Positions 18,196-25,322 of a DNA stretch of 26,912 nucleotides are shown one piece after another (the stretch's first letter is position 1; every line of letters begins with the position of its first letter). The position numbers and the translations under genes were made by a program. The stretch is from positions 1-26,912 of the forward strand of contig JBDRKX010000036.1 in NCBI GenBank assembly GCA_043813605.1, written 5' to 3'. Source of the stretch: Elusimicrobiota bacterium. Its GTDB lineage: Bacteria > CG03 > SLGR01 > JBDRKX01. The notes below the pieces were generated by a model, which saw only the letters and a list, made by a program, of their open reading frames with translations, had not been told where the DNA came from and did no database searches.

Positions 18196-18945
18196 ATGGA
18201 AACAGTAAATGGAGTTCAGTATCACATAGGGTTAAAAAAAGGCGATATCGGCAAGTATGTGCTTTTACCGGGAGATCCGGGCAGGGTAGAAAAAATAGCG
18301 GGTTATTTTGATGATGCCAGGGAGATCGCATTCAACAGAGAATTCCGCACTTTCACCGGCACGGTTAACGGGATAAAGATATCGGCTACTTCTACAGGCA
18401 TAGGCTGCCCGTCTGCAGCCATATGCGTAGAAGAACTTATCAACATAGGCGCAGAGGTGTTTATCAGGATAGGCACCGCCGGTTCTCTCCAGAAGGAAGT
18501 AGAGCTTGGCGATACTGTCATATCAACTGCAGCCGTACGCGAAGATGGCACCACAAGACAGTATGTGCCCCTGTCTTTCCCTGCAGTAGCCGATATCCGC
18601 GTGACAAATGCCCTTATTCAGGCGGCCGCAGAACTTAAAATTACAGCGCATCCCGGCATAGTGCACTGTAAAGACGCGTTCTACACTGAAGGAAACCATG
18701 AACTGCCCATTGCACAGGAGAACGAAGCAAAATGGCAGGCATGGTATAAATCGAATGTACTTGCCACATCAATGGAGAGTTCCGCTATATTTATAATCTC
18801 ACACATTAAGAAAAAGATGGCCGGTGAGATACTTGCCATTATTGGCAAAACCTACGAAAACAAACCTATAGAGAAAAAAGTAGGTATCGATGAAGCCATA
18901 AGAGTGGCAATAGAAGCGGTAAAAATACTTGACAGAAATAGCTAG
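18196..18945 (+). CDS. Nucleoside phosphorylase, uridine-phosphorylase-like (NP-I family)
   Basis: YHIGL, LLPGDPGRV, NREF, STGIGCPSAAI.VEEL, RIGTAG, VREDGTT, KDAFY and SMESS; AAGGA SD. Confidence 0.9.
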   Translation: METVNGVQYHIGLKKGDIGKYVLLPGDPGRVEKIAGYFDDAREIAFNREFRTFTGTVNGIKISATSTGIGCPSAAICVEELINIGAEVFIRIGTAGSLQKEVELGDTVISTAAVREDGTTRQYVPLSFPAVADIRVTNALIQAAAELKITAHPGIVHCKDAFYTEGNHELPIAQENEAKWQAWYKSNVLATSMESSAIFIISHIKKKMAGEILAIIGKTYENKPIEKKVGIDEAIRVAIEAVKILDRNS

Positions 18946-18961
18946 ATTTTAGTAATATCTC

Positions 18962-19000
18962 AATGCGTCGGTGTTACCCCCCAATACCGGCGCATTTTCT
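18962..19000 (+). terminator. Intrinsic terminator closing the plus-strand operon
   Basis: 14-bp stem AATGCGTCGGTGTT / AATACCGGCGCATT (two G-U pairs on +), followed by TTCTT, between convergent genes. Confidence 0.75.
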
Positions 19001-19437
19001 TACATATTCCCGGATTTAGCGCTTTTAATGAAATCCTGTAGTATTTCAATGTGGTCAAAAGCCATTTTTTCGGGAAGTTCGTCGACAGGGAAGAGTTTCA
19101 CCCCGGCAGCATCTGAATCCGATACCGGTTCTCCTGAACTTTTTGCAGTAAATACAACAGAAATACTGGGAAACCTGGGGTCCCTGTCGGGATCAGAATA
19201 AGCATGGAACTGTTCGAGTGATTCCAGTACCAGTCCGGTCTCTTCCTTTGCCTCTCTGAGAGCAGTATCTTCAAGACTCTCTCCTTTCTCGACAAAACCT
19301 CCGGGAAGCGCCCATCCGAAAGGAGGATATTTTCTTTCAATAAGCGCTATTTTCCCGCCAATCTCTATAATTATATCTACAGTGCACGGGGGAAACGGCG
19401 CATCGTCTATTTTTTTCCTGAAATCATTGTAATTCAT
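19000..19437 (-). CDS. NUDIX hydrolase
   Basis: Nudix box WALPGGFVEKGESLEDTALREAKEETGL, plus YSDPDRDPR and MAFDH..IL. Confidence 0.95.
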   Translation of the reverse strand: MNYNDFRKKIDDAPFPPCTVDIIIEIGGKIALIERKYPPFGWALPGGFVEKGESLEDTALREAKEETGLVLESLEQFHAYSDPDRDPRFPSISVVFTAKSSGEPVSDSDAAGVKLFPVDELPEKMAFDHIEILQDFIKSAKSGNM

Positions 19438-21376
19438 ATAGATAATGGTCCTTCCGGCTGAACCTTAATATCATATGTTTCTCTATAAGGCTGTTAAGGG
19501 CGGCTTCAATCTTATCGTCCCAGGCATACGACCTGCATTTTTTGAATTTCTGGATACCCTGCGTATTTACGAGGACATGAGTCGCCCCGGTATCACTGAT
19601 CTTTTTTTTCAGTATATCCGCATCTTGTATCTTTCTTGCCATAAGTATAAATTTATCTACGGAAAATGCATCCCCGGAGACTGTTTCCCTATTAATATAG
19701 ATATTCGGGGTCTCTCCGACAAGCAGTATTTTTGAATTCTTCCCTGTTTGCTTGTCTATATAATCAAAAACGCCAAACCCCGGCACATTCTCATCAAGGT
19801 AATCTTCTCTGTCCACATATCCCATCACAACATTTACTTTATCGGTAAGCTTAAGCCACGGGCATATTATGTAGAGATTAACTGCTAGGGATATAAAAAA
19901 GACCGCCATAACGAACTGATAGAAGTATTTTTTCTGCCCGTAGAGATTAATTATTATATATGCCGTTATAATGCTTACTGCCGGTATTACACTAAAAAGA
20001 AATACCGGTTTTCTTCCCGCCACAAGATATATAAAGAGATATATGATAAAATAAACAATTACTATTCTTATGGTCCTCCCCAGTTCCTTTATCAGAAACA
20101 CGGCCGGGAGAAAGATGATAAACAGGGTCCCCAGGTAAAAAAAGTTATCTGCAGTAATTTCGTGTTCAAAAGGTATATGCCACAACGGATAAAGATAACC
20201 CCACAGGCTTTTCGTGCCTTCCAAACCGTTAGCCGCAAATTCTTCAAGATTCGAGAACAACGGGAACAGGGGCCGGCCGCAGTATATAAGGTTCTTTATA
20301 AAAAGAGGGAATAAGATTACGGTAAAAGGCATCAGAAAAAGTGCCAGTTTAGCAGTTATTTCCCTGACTTCTGTTTCCTTGTGCAGCGTTATCGTCCTGA
20401 AAAATATCATAAGGAGCAGCGCCAGCGGGGAAAACAGCGCATAATATCCTGAAACAAGAGAAAATGCGGCAAAGGCACCCGACAGGATTATCCAGTTGTC
20501 GTTCTGCTCAACCGGGTCTGCAGGAGCCCGGTACCATATTATGAAGGAATATAACGAAAGGAAACTAAAAAAAAGACTGGCTATAAAGGGATGGTCCATA
20601 AGATACAGTCTTACGACAACAGGTGTTGAAATAGTAATAGTAACGGCAAAAAGCGCTATCTTGCGGTGGAAAAACCTTCTTGTCATGGAGAATATACCGG
20701 CAGAAAGCACTATAAGCATAAGAAATGTAATAAGTTTTGAGACAGCGGTCCCGTAAACTAAAAGACCCAGAACCTGCAGCATACTCATCGCAGGCGGCAG
20801 GTTCATCACATAAGTATCGGGTGTTCTGAATATACCGCCATGCAGGACCAGTTGCTTTGCAGCAGCTAAAGATCCGGTAATAACGGCCTTTTCGAAAGGC
20901 GGGGCCAGTGCATTAATGAAAGCAGCGGCAAAACAGAAGACTATTATTATCAAAAAAACAGCTCCTGTAAAAGAAAACCGGTTATGTGAATGCTGTTTCC
21001 ATTTACTATACAGGTTGCGGGCCCATACTGAAGAACCCTTAAATGTTAATATAACCAGACCGGCCAGCAGCATGTATATATATACCGGCCTGTAAAGTCC
21101 GAAAAAGCCTGCTATCATCATTATTACAGAGACTGCCCCTATACCCGCTCCGAAAGACATGCATAATTCTTCCAGGAATGTAACCGTATCCAACCGCAGT
21201 AATATCATGATTTTCCGGCCGGTACCGACAAAAACCGATGCCAGCACAGTAAAAGCCAACATGGTCTTGAACATACTGGCGACCGGCCACTGGTTCTTCG
21301 AGAAATAGAATACCGTCATACCCAGCGCCCACAGGCAGAAACCTGTAAAGAATATATCCCTGATGCGCTTTTTCAC
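19424..21376 (-). CDS. Polytopic membrane protein, GT-C/ArnT-like glycosyltransferase fold
   Basis: More than 12 hydrophobic helices, ALAPP loop, KNLIYCGRPLFP, and a C-terminal soluble domain (REDYL, KILLVGE, GATHVLVN). GTG start overlaps the upstream stop. Confidence 0.65.
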   Translation of the reverse strand: MKKRIRDIFFTGFCLWALGMTVFYFSKNQWPVASMFKTMLAFTVLASVFVGTGRKIMILLRLDTVTFLEELCMSFGAGIGAVSVIMMIAGFFGLYRPVYIYMLLAGLVILTFKGSSVWARNLYSKWKQHSHNRFSFTGAVFLIIIVFCFAAAFINALAPPFEKAVITGSLAAAKQLVLHGGIFRTPDTYVMNLPPAMSMLQVLGLLVYGTAVSKLITFLMLIVLSAGIFSMTRRFFHRKIALFAVTITISTPVVVRLYLMDHPFIASLFFSFLSLYSFIIWYRAPADPVEQNDNWIILSGAFAAFSLVSGYYALFSPLALLLMIFFRTITLHKETEVREITAKLALFLMPFTVILFPLFIKNLIYCGRPLFPLFSNLEEFAANGLEGTKSLWGYLYPLWHIPFEHEITADNFFYLGTLFIIFLPAVFLIKELGRTIRIVIVYFIIYLFIYLVAGRKPVFLFSVIPAVSIITAYIIINLYGQKKYFYQFVMAVFFISLAVNLYIICPWLKLTDKVNVVMGYVDREDYLDENVPGFGVFDYIDKQTGKNSKILLVGETPNIYINRETVSGDAFSVDKFILMARKIQDADILKKKISDTGATHVLVNTQGIQKFKKCRSYAWDDKIEAALNSLIEKHMILRFSRKDHYLYELQ

Positions 21377-21699
21377 TTTAATGCACTGCCGGAAGGTACT
21401 GCTTTTTCAGGATACAAAAGCACCGGTTTTCCGTCCACATCTACTGCCAGCATCATCCCCCGGCTCTCTATCCCTCTGATAGTCCGCGGTTCAAGGTTCA
21501 TGAGTACAGGTATCTGTTTACCTTTTATTTCTTCGGGAGTATAGGATAACGCTATGCCGGCTACAAGAGTCCTTTTCTCAGTTCCCGCATCAACTTCAAG
21601 TTTCAGCAGCTTTTCTGTTCCCTCGACCCTCTCGGCATTCACAATCTCGCAGGTCCTGATATCCAGCTTAACAAAATCATTAATACTTATATTATCCAT
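21373..21699 (-). CDS. Stand-alone tRNA-binding OB-fold protein (MetRS C-terminal/Trbp111/CsaA-like)
   Basis: ISINDFVKLDIR, AERVEGTEKLLKLEVD.G.EKRTLVAGIA and NLEPR.IRGIESRGMMLA. Confidence 0.92.
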   Translation of the reverse strand: MDNISINDFVKLDIRTCEIVNAERVEGTEKLLKLEVDAGTEKRTLVAGIALSYTPEEIKGKQIPVLMNLEPRTIRGIESRGMMLAVDVDGKPVLLYPEKAVPSGSALK

Positions 21700-21757
21700 T
21701 ATTTCAGGTTTTACTCCTTTCCCTGTCTTTATCTCTTTTTGTTCATATCATACAAGA

Positions 21758-22528
21758 TCACTCTGCTCCATTTTTCTTAAGGAAGCTTTTCATTTTTCCG
21801 GATACCGCCAGTTGAACAATCGATATTCCGGCGCCTTTTCTCACCTTGATATTAGCGCCTTTTTCGACAAGCAGTTTAGCCGCTTTAAGAGAATTCCTCA
21901 TGACCGCCCACATAAGCGGAGTATAACCCTGCCCGGTCCTTATCTCGATGTCCGCTCCTTTTTCTATGAGTAATCCGGCCACCTTGTATGAATCATTGGC
22001 AGCAGCAGCTGTAAGAGCTGTTGCTCCATCCTGTCCTTTTGCATCTACTTCAGCTCCGTATTCTATCAACAAAGAAGCGGTCTCCGGGAAATCCTTGCTC
22101 GCTGCCCAGATAAGGGCATTATCTCCTATTTCTGTTCTTTTATCCATTCTGGCTCCCTTATCAAGGAGCAGGCGCGCTACCCGGACAGAATTACTGAAAG
22201 CCGCAGCAATCAGCGCTGTTCCGCCGTTTTCTTCAGTATCATCTATTTTAGCTCCTTTTTCAAGCAGTAATCCCGCAACTTCTGCGGAATTACCCAAAGC
22301 CGCATATATAAGCGGTGTCCGGCCGCCCTGATCCTTTGTATTGGGATTTGCTCCTTTTTCAAGGAGCAACTGTGCAATAGCGAGTCTCCCGCCATTTGCC
22401 GCATACATAAGGGGGGTCTCTTTCAACTGATTCCTGGCATCAGCTTCAGTTCCTTCAGCAAGGAATTGCGCTGTCTTTCTCAGATTACCCGTCTTAACAG
22501 CATTAAAAAGCTTTAAATTCAATGACAT
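21758..22528 (-). CDS. Ankyrin repeat protein (about 7 repeats)
   Basis: 33-aa repeats TPLMYAA, TPLIYAA, TALIAAA, NALIWAA, TALTAAA and TPLMWAV, each followed by LL.(K/Y)GA. Confidence 0.96.
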   Translation of the reverse strand: MSLNLKLFNAVKTGNLRKTAQFLAEGTEADARNQLKETPLMYAANGGRLAIAQLLLEKGANPNTKDQGGRTPLIYAALGNSAEVAGLLLEKGAKIDDTEENGGTALIAAAFSNSVRVARLLLDKGARMDKRTEIGDNALIWAASKDFPETASLLIEYGAEVDAKGQDGATALTAAAANDSYKVAGLLIEKGADIEIRTGQGYTPLMWAVMRNSLKAAKLLVEKGANIKVRKGAGISIVQLAVSGKMKSFLKKNGAE

Positions 22529-22553
22529 TACTTATTTTATGTAGCGGAAAACC

Positions 22554-22991
22554 CTATTTTAAGTATTTAACAGCAGAAATATCGGTACGGGCTATTTTCC
22601 ACTCACCTGTTTTTTTCTTGAGTAAATGGTATCCCGTGATCCTGTTGTTCCTAAACGGAGGCCCGTTTATTTTTCTCGTTGCCTGGACAAAAAGCACCTT
22701 TGCCATAGTTTCGCTCTTGCTTATAACTTTAATGTACTCCATCCTATATTCCAGATCATAATTCTGAAAAGCAGGTTCAAGCGCCGGTGGAATATCTATA
22801 TAACTGGGGGACTCTTTATCCATTGTAGCTAATATGCCCTTAATATCTTCATTCCTGTAAGCATTCATATTATCCTTTATGACTTTTATTACTTCTTCAT
22901 CAGTATCCAGGTTAGGATCCTCTTTAGGTGTCCCGCATCCGGAAAGAAGCGGCAATATAACAGCAATCAGAAAAATATTCCTTAATTTCAT
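22554..22991 (-). CDS. Lipoprotein with NTF2/SnoaL-like fold
   Basis: Lipobox LLSGC; N-terminal helix NMNAYRNEDI..ILAT and C-terminal L.K..GEWKI strand; AAGG SD. Confidence 0.75.
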   Translation of the reverse strand: MKLRNIFLIAVILPLLSGCGTPKEDPNLDTDEEVIKVIKDNMNAYRNEDIKGILATMDKESPSYIDIPPALEPAFQNYDLEYRMEYIKVISKSETMAKVLFVQATRKINGPPFRNNRITGYHLLKKKTGEWKIARTDISAVKYLK

Positions 22992-23006
22992 ATCAGTATA
23001 CCTTCC

Positions 23007-24536
23007 TTACTTATCTATAAACCTGTATTGAAGGGCTTCTCTCACATGCCCTTCTGTTATTTCTTCGGCGCCTTCCAGGTCAGCAACAGTCCTTGCCAGC
23101 TTTATCACTTTATTATAGCCTCTTGCCGAAAGAGCGCAGCTGTCAACTGCCCGGGAAAGAAGCATCCGCACATCATGTGACAGCGGGCAGGTCTTCTCCA
23201 TGACCTTTGCGTTCATATCACCGTTACAGAAAACTCCCGGTTCATCCGCAAATCTTTCAACCTGCTTCCGGCGGGCGGCAACTGCCCTGGACCGTATTGC
23301 CGCGGAATCTTCTCCTTTTTCCATGTTTTCAAGATCCGTGCGTTTTACCTGCGGGACATCAATATGTATATCTATCCTGTCTAATATCGGCCCGGATATT
23401 CTTGACCGGTATTTTTTTATCTGATTATAAGTACACGTGCATTCCTTTCCCGGCACTTCATCATATCCGCATGGACACGGATTCATCGCTGCTATAAGCA
23501 TAAACCTTGCCGGGAATGTAACAGATTCGGATGCTCTGGACACAGTGATATAACCTTCTTCGAGCGGTTGCCGCAATACTTCTATCACTCTTCTTTTAAA
23601 CTCGGGGAATTCATCAAGGAACAGAACACCTCTGTGCGCAAGTGATATTTCTCCCGGCCTTGGGATACTGCCGCCGCCGACAAGAGCCACATCAGAAATT
23701 GTGTTATGCGGAGACCTGAACGGCCTGATCGAACATATAGGATCATCCGGTTCCAGACTTCCGGCTACCGACTGTATGACTGTAACCTCTATGGCTTCCT
23801 CAATTGTGAGAGGAGGAAGTATTGTTGTCAACCGCCGCGCAAGCATAGTTTTTCCCGCTCCCGGGGGACCGCTCATAAGCACATTATGGCCGCCGGCCGA
23901 CGCTATCTCCATTGCCCTTTTGGCAAAATACTGGCCTTTTATGTCACTGAAATCCACACTATTATCAACATTTTTCACGAAACCCGCATTTATGTCCATT
24001 TTGTACGGTTCTATATCGGTCTTTCCGTTAATATAATCCACTGCAGCAGCAAGATCTTTAACCGGTATGACATCTATTCCGCCTACCGCGGCCGCTTCCT
24101 TGACATTTTCTTCAGGAACAAGGATCTTTCGATACCCGCTTTTCTTCAGCTTCATTGCTATGGGTAGCATTCCGCATATGCGGCGCAGCCTGCCGTCAAG
24201 CGATAATTCTCCGGCGCATCCCATGCCTTTGCCAAGTGCGCCTTTTTTCAGTACACCGGATGCCTCAAGAATACCCAGCGCGATCGGAAAATCGAAAGCG
24301 GACCCCTCTTTTTTTACATCAGCCGGAGCAAGATTTACTGTTATTTTTTTTACAGGGAACTCATATCCGGAATTTTTTATCGCAGCATTGATACGGTTTT
24401 TACTTTCAATTACAGCCTGATCAGGCAATCCTACTGTAGTATAGGACGGGAGGCCCCTTCTTATATCGACCTCGACGGTCACGGGGTAGGCGTCTATTCC
24501 CATAACAGCAAAACTTTTCCCTATACTTACAGCCAT
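23007..24536 (-). CDS. comM: YifB/ComM Mg-chelatase-like AAA+ ATPase
   Basis: VGLPD..V.ES..R, NLAPADVKKEGSAFD.PIA, GELSLDG, Walker A GPPGAGKTMLA, RPFRSPH, PGEISLAHRGVLFLDE, AAMNPCPCG, ISGPILDRID and LSARG. Start set at ATG 24536. Confidence 0.96.
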   Translation of the reverse strand: MAVSIGKSFAVMGIDAYPVTVEVDIRRGLPSYTTVGLPDQAVIESKNRINAAIKNSGYEFPVKKITVNLAPADVKKEGSAFDFPIALGILEASGVLKKGALGKGMGCAGELSLDGRLRRICGMLPIAMKLKKSGYRKILVPEENVKEAAAVGGIDVIPVKDLAAAVDYINGKTDIEPYKMDINAGFVKNVDNSVDFSDIKGQYFAKRAMEIASAGGHNVLMSGPPGAGKTMLARRLTTILPPLTIEEAIEVTVIQSVAGSLEPDDPICSIRPFRSPHNTISDVALVGGGSIPRPGEISLAHRGVLFLDEFPEFKRRVIEVLRQPLEEGYITVSRASESVTFPARFMLIAAMNPCPCGYDEVPGKECTCTYNQIKKYRSRISGPILDRIDIHIDVPQVKRTDLENMEKGEDSAAIRSRAVAARRKQVERFADEPGVFCNGDMNAKVMEKTCPLSHDVRMLLSRAVDSCALSARGYNKVIKLARTVADLEGAEEITEGHVREALQYRFIDK

Positions 24537-24543
24537 AATTGAA

Positions 24544-24573
24544 TTATTAGCATAAAACAAGACAGCCTGTCAA
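24544..24573 (-). promoter_or_regulatory. Possible sigma70 promoter of comM
   Basis: Minus strand TTGACA (24573-24568), 18-nt spacer ending TGC, TAATAA (24549-24544). Palindrome GACAG-C-CTGTC (24561-24571) overlaps the -35. Confidence 0.45.
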
Positions 24574-24998
24574 CATAGAGTGAACGGCCGGTAATAGAGC
24601 ATATTATTACCGGGAAAATTGTAAAAAACTGATGTATCCGACGCCCTCGCGCCGGCTTATAGTTCACTACTCTCTTTACAATTATGTGTTCCCCTTAGAT
24701 TCCATTAAGCAGATAAATACCATCCCCTCTTGGTGATTTACTTTCATTTTCAGATCTTTCAAAAAGATGCTTTGATAGGTTTTTAGCTGTTAGTTGTATG
24801 TGTTTTTCTATTTATCAAACAATCCGGCAACCCCACAGTTCTTAAGAGATTTAATGCCTTAGGGGATTAGCCTATTTTCCACCGCCATCATTATTTTAGG
24901 GCGGTTTTAATGCTACGCATTAATTAAGAGTAAGAATGACCGAAAATCAATATATTATTGGTTTTCGTGTCATAGTATATGAATGATTATAAGTTTCT

Positions 24999-25079
24999 GG
25001 GGTATGCACTTGACGCAAGTTCCACGACGATGTCTTTTTTCGACCCATAGACGAGACGCTTGTGTTATGTGCATAGCCC
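24999..25079. repeat. Long imperfect inverted repeat (34-nt arms)
   Basis: Arms 24999-25032 and 25046-25079 align without gaps: 24/34 Watson-Crick pairs plus 3 G-T pairs on the + strand. Confidence 0.8.
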
Positions 25080-25234
25080 TGATAAGTTTTTTAGGCTGGC
25101 AGTGGAAAAACCGCTATTTTAAGTATACTGCATAATCGATGAGAATTTCTTTCTGTAGCTTTCATCATAAACCAAGTCCGTCTCCGTTTTTTCAAATACT
25201 TACAGTTATTCCATCTTTTATCTTTATTCCAACA

Positions 25235-25303
25235 AACAACTATGTGATTACCATAAAGGTCATTATATTCAATCATTATGTTTGTAACATTCGACCATTG
25301 CAA
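25235..25303 (-). pseudogene. Remnant 3' fragment of a paralogue of the upstream secreted protein
   Basis: WSNVTNIMIEYNDLYGNHIVV versus WTSVYNISMAYNDVYGNHYVV (25400-25338): 13/21 identical aa. An in-frame TAA lies just upstream. Confidence 0.75.
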
Positions 25304-25322
25304 AGTAGATTATGTGGCATCC

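Noticed and set aside
23007..24536. comM disrupted by an integrative element
   Set aside because: comM is a known integration hotspot, but here the frame is intact and full length.
8422..24607. CATATTAT half-site at dprA (8422) and upstream of comM (24600) as a competence regulon box
   Set aside because: The same AT-rich 8-mer also occurs inside coding regions (near 19863, 20535 and 22866). Only the paired palindrome at 8842-8863 is notable.
24586..24668. HDV-like ribozyme, hammerhead or RNase P fragment
   Set aside because: GGCCGGT/GCCGGCT and CCTCGC mimic HDV P1/L3, but the P1.1 GG and a proper P3 are missing. CTGATG lacks a downstream GAAA core. CCGGCTTAT lacks the GAAAGTCC partner of RNase P.
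25091..25303. 70-aa ORF as a functional gene
   Set aside because: TTG start and only the first ~25 codons look protein-like. It is better explained as a paralogue remnant reading on into non-coding DNA.
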